Made by a program: the position numbers and the translations under genes. 64,000 bases of DNA from a virus (taxonomy: Duplodnaviria; Caudoviricetes): positions 96,001 to 160,000 of the IMG/VR virus record IMGVR_UViG_2974637922_000001; one strand, given 5' to 3'. Position 1 is the first letter of the stretch. Each line of letters opens with the position of its first letter. This document shows positions 9,757 through 20,002 of the stretch, one piece after another. The notes under the pieces are model-generated. The model did not search any database. It had not been told where the DNA came from and saw only the letters and a program-made list of their open reading frames with translations.

Positions 9757-9917
9757 ATCAGTACCCCACATCGTCTGATAATAGAAGGAATGATGCACAT
9801 CAAGAAGGCAGAACAACTTATATTAGTGAATCTGACTGCAAGGAATGTGGGTGTGTAGTCAAACTTGTATGGTCCAATAGGTGTCATTTCTGCACCATCA
9901 ATAAATCAAACTCATAA
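9753..9917 (+). CDS. 54-aa CxxC...CxxC zinc-ribbon protein (not in ORF track)
   Basis: MNQYPT...CKECG...CHFC...; ATGA overlap with g55. Confidence 0.6.
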   Translation: MNQYPTSSDNRRNDAHQEGRTTYISESDCKECGCVVKLVWSNRCHFCTINKSNS

Positions 9918-9932
9918 AGGGAACAAACTAGA

Positions 9933-10982
9933 ATGGCATTGATCGCAGTTATCACGGATACTCATTATGGGGCGAGAAAAGGTGCTCAGTATCTTCATGA
10001 TCACTTTGAGAAGTTCTACTCTGAGGTATTCTTCCCCACACTAAAGGAGAGAGGTGTTAAAACCATTCTCCACATGGGTGACGCCTTTGATAGTAGGAAG
10101 TCTATTGGGTTTGAGGTACTCAACTGGGCAAAGAGAGTTGTATTCGATCCTATGGCAGAATACGATGTACATATGATCGTGGGAAATCATGATTGTTATT
10201 ACAAATCTACCAACAGAACTAACTCTCCAGACCTACTACTCAAAGACTACGACAATATCACCACCTATCATAGACCTACAGAGGTAACTCTAGAGGGTAT
10301 GGATACACTCCTACTCCCTTGGATTTGTGATGACAACAGGGAAGAGTCCCTGAAGATGATCAAGTCTTCCAAGTCTAAGTTTGCTGCTGGTCACTTAGAA
10401 CTAGATGGGTTTGAGGCATATAGGGGACATACTTACAGAGATGGTAAGTTGGACAATGGAGTATTCAATAACTTCGATAAAGTATTCTCTGGACACTTCC
10501 ATACTCGTTCAGACAACGGAAAGATCTTCTATGTGGGTAACCCCTATGAGATGTTCTGGAATGATGTAAATGATCCCAGAGGGTTTGTTCTACTGGATAC
10601 TGAAACTCTAGAGGTTGAGTATATCAACAATCCACATACCCTTTTCTCCGTTATCTACTATGAAGATACCAACTATAAACTCTTCAATGCCAAAGAGTAT
10701 GAAGGTAAGATTGTAAAGGTTATTGTCAGAAAGAATACTGACAGGAAACTCTTTGATAAGTTTCTAGACAAACTTATGAAGACCAATATCCTAGACATGA
10801 AGATCGTAGAGAACTTCAATATTCAGGAGGGGGAGGACTTCCAGGTAGAAGATATCGAAGAGAACACCCTATCAATTCTCAACCGATATGTAGATGAAGC
10901 AGACTATGAAGATAGTTCTATTCAGAAAGATGATATTAAGAATCTTATCTCTCAAATCTACCGAGAGGCATGTGAGGTATGA
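9933..10982 (+). CDS. g47: Recombination endonuclease gp47 (Mre11-like)
   Basis: TDTHYG, HMGD, VGNHD, SGHFH. Confidence 0.96.
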   Translation: MALIAVITDTHYGARKGAQYLHDHFEKFYSEVFFPTLKERGVKTILHMGDAFDSRKSIGFEVLNWAKRVVFDPMAEYDVHMIVGNHDCYYKSTNRTNSPDLLLKDYDNITTYHRPTEVTLEGMDTLLLPWICDDNREESLKMIKSSKSKFAAGHLELDGFEAYRGHTYRDGKLDNGVFNNFDKVFSGHFHTRSDNGKIFYVGNPYEMFWNDVNDPRGFVLLDTETLEVEYINNPHTLFSVIYYEDTNYKLFNAKEYEGKIVKVIVRKNTDRKLFDKFLDKLMKTNILDMKIVENFNIQEGEDFQVEDIEENTLSILNRYVDEADYEDSSIQKDDIKNLISQIYREACEV

Positions 10983-11272
10983 GAGACGCATGTTATATCA
11001 TTACTGCATCAGAAGCAAAGGGTATGGATGTATACACCATCAAATCTGAGGGTGTGAAGAATGTTCTAATCTTTGAGAAAGGTGAAGACGCTGAGAGGTA
11101 TGTTATAATGTTGAATGAAGATGAAGGATACATTGTGGGTGAAACACTAGAACTGGAAGTTTTTGAGGTTCCACTATCTGCCGTGGTAGAATCCCTGAAC
11201 GAGAAAGGTTATAGTTACATCTATGTGAAACCCGATGACCTGTTTATTCCACCTGATGCCAAGAAAGTTTAA
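10979..11272 (+). CDS. Hypothetical protein
   Basis: ORF between g47 and g46. Confidence 0.65.
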   Translation: MRDACYIITASEAKGMDVYTIKSEGVKNVLIFEKGEDAERYVIMLNEDEGYIVGETLELEVFEVPLSAVVESLNEKGYSYIYVKPDDLFIPPDAKKV

Positions 11273-11274
11273 TT

Positions 11275-13002
11275 ATGTTGTTGTTTAAGAAACTAAGATG
11301 GCAGAACTTCCTATCCACTGGAGACAAGGGTATTGAAGTTGATTTCCTAATGAACAATACCAATCTTATCATTGGTAGTAATGGTGCTGGTAAGAGTACC
11401 CTTTTGGATGCTCTTACCTTTGTTCTATTCAATAAGCCATTCAGGAAGATCACCAAACCTCAACTAGTTAATAGTATCACTGAGAAGAGGTGTGTAGTTG
11501 AGATTGAGTTTGAAACAAACAATAAGAGTTACTTGGTTCGCCGTGGAATCAAACCTAATGTATTTGATATCGTAGTAGATGGGAAACTATTAGACAAGCG
11601 TGGTGATGACAGGGATAACCAGAAACTATTAGAAGAGAATATTCTTAAGGTTAATTATAAATCATTCACTCAGGTGATTATCCTTGGGGCATCTACTTTC
11701 GTCCCCTTTATGCAACTCACTGCCTCCAATCGTAGAGATGTGATTGAGGATCTACTAGACATCCGTGTATTTAGTCAGATGTCAGGTATCGTCAAGGATC
11801 GTATCAGGCAACTCCGTGAAGATATCAAGATTCTAGATCTCAAGAGGGGATCTCTTAGAGATAAGTCTGAGATGCAGAAGAACTTTATCAATGAGATTAC
11901 TAAGAAGGGTGAGAGTAATATTGAATCCAAAGGAGAGAAGATCAAGACTCTATTGTTTGAGAAGCAAACTCTAGAAACCGAGAATATCACAACTCTAACT
12001 AAACTGAAAGAACTTCAGGATGAGTTGGAGGGACTAGAGGATGCTTCTGATAAACTACGTAAGTTGGGTAGTCTAAGGGGTAAGATTTCCCAGAAGATTA
12101 CTACACTCACTAAGGAACACAAGTTCTTCAAAGACAATGCTTCCTGTCCTACCTGTACTCAGGATATTGATGAAGAGTTTCGTAGTGTCAGACTAAGTGA
12201 GTTGGGTGACAAAGCAAAGGAGATGAACAAAGGGTTTAAAGAACTAGAAGATACTATTGAACGAGAAGAGAACCGAGAGAATGAGTTTAAGAGTATCTCC
12301 AAACAGATTCTAGAACTCAACACCCAGGTAAGTACCAATAATACAAAGAACACCAGTATCAGTATGAATATTGGTGATCTCGAAAGTGAGATTGGATCTA
12401 TCAGGCACTCCATTGATAACCAAACAGAGGAGAAAGAGAAACTAGATCGTTTTCAAGATGACCTGAGTCGAGTATTTGATACCCTCTCCACTAGAAACTC
12501 TGAGATGGATAACAATAAGTTTGTCTATGAGTTACTGAAAGATGGTGGAGTGAAGACTAATATCATCCGCAAGTACATCCCCTTCATCAACAAACAGGTG
12601 AATAGGTATCTCCAGATGATGGAGTTCTATATTAACTTCGAGTTAGATGAAGAGTTTAATGAGACTGTAGTATCACCTATTCATGAGAACTTCTCATACT
12701 CTTCCTTCTCTGAGGGTGAGAAGATGAGAATTGACTTGGCACTTCTATTCACCTGGAGAGAAGTTGCTAGGGTTAGAAACTCTGTGAATACAAACCTCCT
12801 AATTATGGATGAGGTGTTTGATAGTTCTCTAGATGGTTTTGGAACAGAAGAGTTCCTCAAAATCATCAGATATGTTGTCCAAGATGCTAATGTATTCATA
12901 ATTAGTCACAAACAAGAACTCCACGAACGTTTCGATAGTGTTCTACGATTTGAAAAGGATAGAGGGTTCTCCAAACTAACTCTAAATAAAACAAACGATT
13001 AA
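11275..13002 (+). CDS. g46: Recombination ATPase gp46 (Rad50-like)
   Basis: GSNGAGKS, CPTC hook, FSEGEK, IMDEVFD. Confidence 0.97.
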   Translation: MLLFKKLRWQNFLSTGDKGIEVDFLMNNTNLIIGSNGAGKSTLLDALTFVLFNKPFRKITKPQLVNSITEKRCVVEIEFETNNKSYLVRRGIKPNVFDIVVDGKLLDKRGDDRDNQKLLEENILKVNYKSFTQVIILGASTFVPFMQLTASNRRDVIEDLLDIRVFSQMSGIVKDRIRQLREDIKILDLKRGSLRDKSEMQKNFINEITKKGESNIESKGEKIKTLLFEKQTLETENITTLTKLKELQDELEGLEDASDKLRKLGSLRGKISQKITTLTKEHKFFKDNASCPTCTQDIDEEFRSVRLSELGDKAKEMNKGFKELEDTIEREENRENEFKSISKQILELNTQVSTNNTKNTSISMNIGDLESEIGSIRHSIDNQTEEKEKLDRFQDDLSRVFDTLSTRNSEMDNNKFVYELLKDGGVKTNIIRKYIPFINKQVNRYLQMMEFYINFELDEEFNETVVSPIHENFSYSSFSEGEKMRIDLALLFTWREVARVRNSVNTNLLIMDEVFDSSLDGFGTEEFLKIIRYVVQDANVFIISHKQELHERFDSVLRFEKDRGFSKLTLNKTND

Positions 13003-13007
13003 ATCTT

Positions 13008-13136
13008 ATGAAAAGGTTCTTGTTATTTGGTGCTATATTCGCACTAGTTGGTGCTGGACTATCACATGGTCAGTTTCACCTCTACAACTCTTCTGTTCCA
13101 CATGTTCATGAAAATGGAGTAATTCATTCACACTAA
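13008..13136 (+). CDS. 42-aa signal/TM peptide with His-rich tail (not in ORF track)
   Basis: MKRFLLFGAIFALVGAGLSHGQFHLYNSSVPHVHENGVIHSH; CTAAATA at 12982-12988. Confidence 0.65.
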   Translation: MKRFLLFGAIFALVGAGLSHGQFHLYNSSVPHVHENGVIHSH

Positions 13137-13140
13137 TATT

Positions 13141-13863
13141 ATGCAAGGTCTAGATCTAGTTATTGAATACCCAAACGTATTTCCCGATGATCTATGTGAT
13201 GAGATGATCGAGAGGTTTGAGGAGGATGATAGGAAAAGTAAGGGACATAACGGCTCCTTTGGACCTGAATTTACAACAGATAAGGTATCAATAGACCTAT
13301 ACTATACAGGACTACCCGAATGGGTTGATATTGATACTAAATCATTTGAGTTAATAACACCCTATGTTGCGGAATATGTGAATTTATTGAGTGATAACTT
13401 CCACATGAAGGAAACTGCTTTTATAAATGACCAGGGATATCAGATACAGAGAACTGATCCTGGTGGTTTCTTTAGTTGGCACTGTGACCATACTTCATAT
13501 CCAATACTAGACCAACGCCTTATCAATACGCAGGGTGGTGATTCATATTGTATTCGTGATAGGATAGCTACCTATATCATATACTTAAATGACAGAACTG
13601 GACTATCTGATGGAGTTACAGAGTTTGGGTTTGGTGATAACTTGAAGACAGTCACTGCAGAAAAAGGAAAACTCATCATGTTTCCTGCTAACATTTTATA
13701 TCCACATAGGGGAACTACCCTGGAAAACGGAGTAAAATACTTAATGACAGGTTGGGTAGTCCGTGACGCAGTGATGAGATCTGAAATTTCACCACAAGAT
13801 TATGAAGAAAGGTTTGAGAGATACGAGAGGATGCCCTATCTCACTCCAGTGGACAATCGATAA
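13141..13863 (+). CDS. 2OG-Fe(II) oxygenase
   Basis: WHCD, YLND, YPHRG, KYLMTGW. Confidence 0.88.
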   Translation: MQGLDLVIEYPNVFPDDLCDEMIERFEEDDRKSKGHNGSFGPEFTTDKVSIDLYYTGLPEWVDIDTKSFELITPYVAEYVNLLSDNFHMKETAFINDQGYQIQRTDPGGFFSWHCDHTSYPILDQRLINTQGGDSYCIRDRIATYIIYLNDRTGLSDGVTEFGFGDNLKTVTAEKGKLIMFPANILYPHRGTTLENGVKYLMTGWVVRDAVMRSEISPQDYEERFERYERMPYLTPVDNR

Positions 13864-13907
13864 ACTGTCCACCCCCACCAGTCATGGGGGTTTTTCTATG
13901 CCATAAT
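13849..13907 (+). promoter_or_regulatory. Promoter cassette: palindrome, GC hairpin, extended -10
   Basis: GTGGACA-N10-TGTCCAC; CCCCCA..TGGGGG; TGCCATAAT. Confidence 0.55.
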
Positions 13908-13931
13908 AGGTTCATACCAAGGGAAACACCT

Positions 13932-16076
13932 ATGATCAACCTAGAAGTCAAAGGACAACTAGCGAAGCTCCTAGCAACTGAGGATCTTATTGTGGAACAC
14001 CGCAATGTAGATACTGCGATGTTCAATGTGGATACTCGCGTCCTGACTCTTCCTAGGTGGGATAAAGCAAGTAATACCGTATTTGATCTTCTAATCTCAC
14101 ATGAGGTTGGCCACGCTCTCTTCACTCCTAATGAAGACTGGACTGCTAAGGTATCCTGTCCAAAGATGTTTGTGAATGTAACTGAAGATGCTCGTATTGA
14201 GTCTCTGATGAAGCGTAGGTTTGGTGGACTACCCAAGACTTTCTATAACGGATATAAAGAGTTATACAATGAAGACTTCTTTGGTATTGGTGATGAAGAT
14301 CCATCTGGTATGCAGATTGCAGATAGGGTAAACCTACACTTCAAAGTTGGCAACTTTATCAAGATCCCCTTCACTAAAGAGGAACAGGTTGTTGTTGATC
14401 AGATTGCTAGTGCAAAGACTTTCAAAGACGCATTAGAATCCGCTGAAGCGTTATACGCCCTTCATAAAATAGAGAAAGAAGAGAAGGAGAAAGAGGTGGT
14501 GGCACCAATATCAGGTGATGATGGTGGCGGTGAATCTGATCAAGAAGATACAGATGGTGAGGAAGAAACAATCCAAACAGAAACTGATAGTGGGGTTGAG
14601 GGTGGAGATAATACTGATGATGAACCAGGAGATTCTGAATCTAATACAGAAGACACAGTAGATAGTTCTGGTGGTGGAGATCAGAGTGATATAGATGATG
14701 ACATAGTGAAGACTATGGAGAATGTGGAGGATAAACTAAAAGATCTAACCAACCCAAACCTCAGTGGTGAACCAATATATCTTACCCACCCTAAGATTGA
14801 TTTGGATAAAGTTGTTATTTCCAATGAAACAGTTCACGAACGCATTGCCAGACACTGGAATATTCGTTTGTCACTACTCAAAACTGAGGATGAATCGAAA
14901 CTAAAGGAAGTTGAATACTTTATCCATAGGGATTATGGTAGACATGAAGAAAGTTTCAGGAAGTTTAGGAAAGATATTCAACCTGAAGTTAACTATATGG
15001 TGAAAGAGTTTGAGTGTAAGAAGTCCGCAGATGCATACTCACGAGCAACAGTTTCTAAGACTGGTGTTCTGGATTGCACCAAACTACATACTTACAGATA
15101 CAATGAAGATCTGTTCAGGAAAGTTACCACTCTCCCTGAAGGTAAGAACCATGGTTTGATATTTGTTCTTGACTGGAGTGGTTCCATGTGTGAGGTTCTT
15201 TCCAACACTGTGAAGCAACTCCTATCACTGGTTATGTTCTGTGATAAAGTTGGTATTCCTTTTGATGTGTATACCTTCACCAATGACTACAACAAATATG
15301 ATCCATATGCTCCCAGAGAACTTGGGGAGGTGAATACCTTTGATCTAGGTGGCAATTTCAATATGGTGAATATTCTAACCAGTAAGGTTAACCGTAAGAC
15401 TCTAACCAAACAGATGGAGAGAATCTATATGATTGCCGAAATGTTTACCTATGGTAACTATGGATGTGTTCCTGATTGTATGTGCCTCTCAGGAACTCCC
15501 CTGAATGAAGCTATCCTTACTCTTCACTCAATTCTCCCTAAGTTCCAGAGTGAAAACAATGTTCAGAAAACACATATTATCATTCTTACTGATGGTGAAG
15601 CGGGTGGTTCTAGATGTGTAAAGGAAAATAACCAGGAAGGTGGACGTGGTAAGTATGTTAGTCGTTTTGTTGGTAACCATACTTACCTCCGTAATAGGAA
15701 AACAGGTGTAACTCGTAAGATTGAAACCTTTGGTGTTACTAAAGACCTATTAGAAGATCTCCGTGAAACCTTCCCCCACAGCACTTTCACCGGGTTTCGT
15801 ATTCTAGAAATTGGTGGTAGTTGGTTTGTTCGTCAGGCTGTTGGTTATGATCAACAGAAACTAACAGAATGGAAAAAGAACAAATCAATTTGTTTAGAAA
15901 ACCAAGGTTATAATAAATACTTTGTTATACAATCAAACAAACTCAAGTATGATACTGAGTTTGATGTTGATGAAGGAGCTACAAAGGCGAAGATCAAATC
16001 CTCATTCGCCAAGTCCCTTAAAGGGAAGAAGAACAACAAACGTATCCTAGGTGATTTTATTGGAATGATCGCCTGA
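13932..16076 (+). CDS. CobT-like VWA protein with N-terminal HExxH domain
   Basis: HEVGH, acidic linker, DWSGS MIDAS, GTPL, LTDGE; start moved to ATG 13932 behind the promoter. Confidence 0.85.
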   Translation: MINLEVKGQLAKLLATEDLIVEHRNVDTAMFNVDTRVLTLPRWDKASNTVFDLLISHEVGHALFTPNEDWTAKVSCPKMFVNVTEDARIESLMKRRFGGLPKTFYNGYKELYNEDFFGIGDEDPSGMQIADRVNLHFKVGNFIKIPFTKEEQVVVDQIASAKTFKDALESAEALYALHKIEKEEKEKEVVAPISGDDGGGESDQEDTDGEEETIQTETDSGVEGGDNTDDEPGDSESNTEDTVDSSGGGDQSDIDDDIVKTMENVEDKLKDLTNPNLSGEPIYLTHPKIDLDKVVISNETVHERIARHWNIRLSLLKTEDESKLKEVEYFIHRDYGRHEESFRKFRKDIQPEVNYMVKEFECKKSADAYSRATVSKTGVLDCTKLHTYRYNEDLFRKVTTLPEGKNHGLIFVLDWSGSMCEVLSNTVKQLLSLVMFCDKVGIPFDVYTFTNDYNKYDPYAPRELGEVNTFDLGGNFNMVNILTSKVNRKTLTKQMERIYMIAEMFTYGNYGCVPDCMCLSGTPLNEAILTLHSILPKFQSENNVQKTHIIILTDGEAGGSRCVKENNQEGGRGKYVSRFVGNHTYLRNRKTGVTRKIETFGVTKDLLEDLRETFPHSTFTGFRILEIGGSWFVRQAVGYDQQKLTEWKKNKSICLENQGYNKYFVIQSNKLKYDTEFDVDEGATKAKIKSSFAKSLKGKKNNKRILGDFIGMIA

Positions 16077-16077
16077 T

Positions 16078-16136
16078 GTGACACTCCACAAACTGGCACA
16101 ATGGGGGGTTGCAGGAATCCCCTTCCCGTGTATAAT
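16078..16136 (+). promoter_or_regulatory. Promoter cassette for cobS
   Basis: GTGACA-N10-TGGCAC; TTGCAG-16nt-TATAAT. Confidence 0.6.
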
Positions 16137-16169
16137 AGTTGTATACCAAACAAGGAAACCACAAACTCA

Positions 16170-17303
16170 ATGGCCCGACTCGCTATGACAACTGATCAAA
16201 TTGTTGAGAAACTGAAAGAGACCTATGGTGAGAACGTAACTACAGCTGAACTCAAAGCCTTCTGTGCTATGAATGATTGTGGTTACCCTACAGTCACTCG
16301 TCGATTGGAAGAATATAAGTCTGGTCGTGGTCGTTGGAATCTAACCCTAAACGAGAAGTTGGAACAAACCTATCAAGGACCATCTGGTGTCCCTGCTGTT
16401 ATGGATATTTCAGAAACAAACCTTGTTCCAGACAAAGATAGTAACTTTGTTTCATTCGGTAACTTCACTGATTTGAAACAAGTCATCAAGTCTGGTATCT
16501 TCTATCCTACCTTTATCACTGGTTTATCTGGTAACGGAAAAACCTTTGGTGTAGAACAAGCTTGTGCTCAACTTGGTAGGGAACTGATTCGAGTAAATAT
16601 TACAATTGAAACCGATGAAGACGATCTTATTGGTGGTTTCCGTCTCATTGATGGTGCTACTGTTTGGCATAATGGTCCAGTCATCGAGGCTCTGGAACGG
16701 GGAGCTGTTCTTCTTCTAGATGAGATTGATCTGGCTTCTAACAAGATTCTTTGTCTTCAATCTATCCTAGAAGGTAAGGGAGTATTCCTCAAGAAGATTG
16801 GTAAGTTTGTGAGACCTACCAATGGGTTCAACGTGATTGCAACCGCAAACACAAAAGGTAAGGGTTCTGACGATGGTAGGTTTATTGGAACTAATGTTCT
16901 GAATGAAGCATTCCTAGAACGTTTCCCTGTAACCTTTGAGCAGGAATATCCAGTAGCATCAGTAGAAACTAAACTCCTGAAGAAGTATGCTTCTTCATTG
17001 GGTATCGTAGATGATAAGTTTTGTAAGTATCTGGCAGACTGGGGTGATATCATCCGTAAAACATTCTATGATGGTGGTGTAGATGAGGTTATCTCCACAC
17101 GACGTTTGGTTCACATCCTTCGAGCATACAGTATCTTTGATGACAAATCAAAGGCAGTTGCTATCTGTCTAAACAGGTTTGATGATGAAACCAAACAAGC
17201 CTTTATGGATCTTTACGACAAGATTGACAACGAAGTCACCTTTCAATTTGGTGAAGGTACAGATAACGTTCAGTACTCTGAAACACCAGATACAAACTTC
17301 TAA
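16170..17303 (+). CDS. cobS: CobS-like/MoxR AAA+ ATPase
   Basis: GLSGNGKT, LLLDEID, ATANTKG, NEAFLERF. Confidence 0.92.
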   Translation: MARLAMTTDQIVEKLKETYGENVTTAELKAFCAMNDCGYPTVTRRLEEYKSGRGRWNLTLNEKLEQTYQGPSGVPAVMDISETNLVPDKDSNFVSFGNFTDLKQVIKSGIFYPTFITGLSGNGKTFGVEQACAQLGRELIRVNITIETDEDDLIGGFRLIDGATVWHNGPVIEALERGAVLLLDEIDLASNKILCLQSILEGKGVFLKKIGKFVRPTNGFNVIATANTKGKGSDDGRFIGTNVLNEAFLERFPVTFEQEYPVASVETKLLKKYASSLGIVDDKFCKYLADWGDIIRKTFYDGGVDEVISTRRLVHILRAYSIFDDKSKAVAICLNRFDDETKQAFMDLYDKIDNEVTFQFGEGTDNVQYSETPDTNF

Positions 17304-17744
17304 ATGATTTATCCTACTATGAACTCCTGGTCTATGTTATTCGATGAAATTGGTGAAATCAATTTTGATGACTCCGAATACACTGAAGACGTTATTATTC
17401 AACCCAACACTATGAAAGAAACAACTAAAGACGAAACATTCTGGAGGTATGATGAGGGTAAAATTCTCCGTGAAGTAGAAGCTTACCTCTCAAGTACATA
17501 CAAAGGTCACTACGTTGGGGGTGAAACCAAAATCCAAACTCTAGATCTTATTGATTCTATTGGTGATTCTGAATCATTCTGTAGATCTAACGCAATCAAA
17601 TACCTCTCTAGGTTTGGGAAGAAGGAGGGCAAAAACCAGAAGGATCTCCTAAAGGTTATTCACTATGCCATCCTCCTTTACCACTTCGCAGGACTACCCT
17701 TCACAGAAGATGCTGTGGAAACTCACTCGCCTACTGGGCGTTAA
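17304..17744 (+). CDS. Conserved phage protein (DUF3310-like)
   Basis: FCRSNAIKYLSRFGKKEG..KDLLK. Confidence 0.7.
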   Translation: MIYPTMNSWSMLFDEIGEINFDDSEYTEDVIIQPNTMKETTKDETFWRYDEGKILREVEAYLSSTYKGHYVGGETKIQTLDLIDSIGDSESFCRSNAIKYLSRFGKKEGKNQKDLLKVIHYAILLYHFAGLPFTEDAVETHSPTGR

Positions 17745-17800
17745 CCCATATCTGTGGTATAATACACAGGAAACCATCTCATCCTTTATCTTTTATATTA

Positions 17801-18469
17801 ATGAAACTATCTGACGAAACTATTGCAGTGTTGAAGAACTTCTCTTCTATCAACCAGAGCATCATTGTTGGTGAGGGTAACACCCTAAGAACTATTTCTG
17901 TCATGAAAAACATATTGGCAGAAGCAACAGTCTCTGAGAACTTTGAGAAGTCCTTTGCTATCTACGACCTCAATGAGTTTCTAAATGGTTTATCACTTCA
18001 TGACAACTACGCATTGGATTTCACCAATGATACATTCGTTGTTATCCGTGAAGGTCGTCGCCGTGTGAACTATCACTTCGCAGACCCTGAAGTTATTGTT
18101 GCTCCACCTGATAAGCAACTCCAACTTCCCTCTGAGGATGTATGTTTCCAATTGGATCACAGCCAACTCCTACAACTAGTGAAAGCTGCTTCTATCTACA
18201 AACTCCCTGATCTATCTGTTGTTGGTGAGAATGGTACTATCTCCCTAGTTGTTCGTGATAAGAAGAACGACTCATCCAATGTGTATTCTGTGGATGTTGG
18301 TGAGACTACCGATGACTTCACCTTCAACTTCAAGGTTGAGAATACTAACAAGATTCTCGCTGGTAACTATGATGTAGTTATCTCCCAGAAACTACTCGCC
18401 AAGTTCACTGGACAGAAGAACAATGTTGAGTATTTTATCGCTTTAGAACCAGACAGCACCTTTGGGTGA
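17801..18469 (+). CDS. g45: Sliding clamp gp45
   Basis: MKLSDETIAVLKNFSSINQSI, FAIYDLNEFL; promoter TGGTATAAT upstream. Confidence 0.96.
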   Translation: MKLSDETIAVLKNFSSINQSIIVGEGNTLRTISVMKNILAEATVSENFEKSFAIYDLNEFLNGLSLHDNYALDFTNDTFVVIREGRRRVNYHFADPEVIVAPPDKQLQLPSEDVCFQLDHSQLLQLVKAASIYKLPDLSVVGENGTISLVVRDKKNDSSNVYSVDVGETTDDFTFNFKVENTNKILAGNYDVVISQKLLAKFTGQKNNVEYFIALEPDSTFG

Positions 18470-18475
18470 TATTAT

Positions 18476-18500
18476 GGGAGGGTAACACCTCCCTTTTTTT
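18476..18500 (+). terminator. Intrinsic terminator
   Basis: GGGAGG-GTAACA-CCTCCC followed by a T run. Confidence 0.8.
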
Positions 18501-19028
18501 ATGAACATATTCGTCACAGATCACTCACCCTATGCTAGTGCAGTTGTATTACCTGACCGCCATGTAAATAAAATGGGTTTAGAAGCATGTCAGATGGTGG
18601 CTATCATCTACTCTCACTGGTATTACAACTGGGGTGAGATACACAAAGCGAACGGAGAACCATACTCTACTGAGAAGGGTGCGTTTCGCAACCACCCCTG
18701 CACCAAGTGGGCGGCAGAGAGTATGTACAACACAGCCTGGTTGATCGCTCATGGTCTAGCACTCTGTACTGAATACACTGCTAGGTATGGTAAAGTTCAC
18801 TCTTGTGCTAAGACCTTGTTTGAAGCCAAGAAGATGTTCCATAGATACACTGGTGAGACCATCCTATGTTACAATATGGTGGAGGATTTCACCCGTGCCA
18901 TGCCTGATGAGTTCAAGCTTGACACTGGTATCTCTACCTTTGATGCGTATAAGATGTATATTTCATCCAAACCTTGGGTGAAAGACAACTATCTCCGCAA
19001 ACCTGAACGCAAACCCTCTTGGGTTTGA
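18501..19028 (+). CDS. Pyrimidine-dimer glycosylase/DenV-like (Pyr_excise) protein
   Basis: MNIFVTD, DRHVNKMGLEACQM, NHPCTKW, EYTARYGKVH. Confidence 0.75.
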   Translation: MNIFVTDHSPYASAVVLPDRHVNKMGLEACQMVAIIYSHWYYNWGEIHKANGEPYSTEKGAFRNHPCTKWAAESMYNTAWLIAHGLALCTEYTARYGKVHSCAKTLFEAKKMFHRYTGETILCYNMVEDFTRAMPDEFKLDTGISTFDAYKMYISSKPWVKDNYLRKPERKPSWV

Positions 19029-19049
19029 TTACTTTATTATCTTTTTATT

Positions 19050-20000
19050 ATGAACGAACGCACTGATTTCCTATGGACAGAGAAATACCGCCCACAGGTT
19101 ATTGATGATTGTATTCTCCCCGATCACGTAAAGAATACATTCAAGGAGTTTGTTGCTAAGGGTGAGATCCCTAACCTCTTGTTATCTGGTCCTCCTGGTA
19201 TTGGTAAGACCACAATTGCCAAAGCTCTTTGTAATGAGATTGGTGCCGACTACTATGTAATCAATGGATCCGATGAGGGAAGATTCCTTGATACAGTCCG
19301 TAACCAAGCAAAGAACTTTGCTTCCACAATGTCCCTTACCTCGGAAGCAAAACACAAGGTCATCATTATCGATGAGGCAGATAACACAGGTAGTGATGTT
19401 CAGATGTTGCTTCGTGCAAACATCGAGGCATTCTACAAGAACTGTCGTTTCATCTTTACCTGCAACTATAAGAACAAGATCATTGAACCCCTCCACAGTA
19501 GGTGTGCAGTGGTTGAGTTCTCCGCTAAGGGTAAGGATAGACAACAGATCGCCGCGTCCTTCTTCCAGAGACTCTCTGGTATCCTAGAGAAGGAACATGT
19601 AGAGGCTGACAAAAAGGTTCTGGTAGAACTAGTTCAGAAACACTTCCCTGACTTCAGGAGGGTTCTAAATGAGGTTCAGAGGTATTCCAGTAGTGGTAAG
19701 ATCGACTCTGGTATCCTAGCAACCTTCTCTGAAGTTAAGGTAGAGGACCTTATCAAACACCTTCGTGAGAAGAACTTTGTTGAAGTCCGTAAGTGGGTTG
19801 TTGCTAACTTAGATAACGATACTAATAGTATCCTCCGTAAGTTATACGACACCCTATCTACACAACTAAAAGGTCCTTCCATCGCTGCTGCTGTATTGGT
19901 TATCGCCAAGTATCAGTACCAGGGAGCCTTTGTAGCTGACCAGGAGATTAACCTCCTAGCAGCTCTAACCGAAATTATGATTGAATGTGAGTTTTCTTAA
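19050..20000 (+). CDS. g44: Clamp loader large subunit gp44
   Basis: WTEKYRP, GPPGIGKT, IDEAD, SRC. Confidence 0.97.
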   Translation: MNERTDFLWTEKYRPQVIDDCILPDHVKNTFKEFVAKGEIPNLLLSGPPGIGKTTIAKALCNEIGADYYVINGSDEGRFLDTVRNQAKNFASTMSLTSEAKHKVIIIDEADNTGSDVQMLLRANIEAFYKNCRFIFTCNYKNKIIEPLHSRCAVVEFSAKGKDRQQIAASFFQRLSGILEKEHVEADKKVLVELVQKHFPDFRRVLNEVQRYSSSGKIDSGILATFSEVKVEDLIKHLREKNFVEVRKWVVANLDNDTNSILRKLYDTLSTQLKGPSIAAAVLVIAKYQYQGAFVADQEINLLAALTEIMIECEFS

Positions 20001-20002
20001 TT

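Noticed and set aside
13932-17303. CobS/CobT as cobalamin biosynthesis genes
   Set aside because: No CobN in the window; a MoxR AAA+/VWA chaperone pair typical of T4-like phages is the simpler reading
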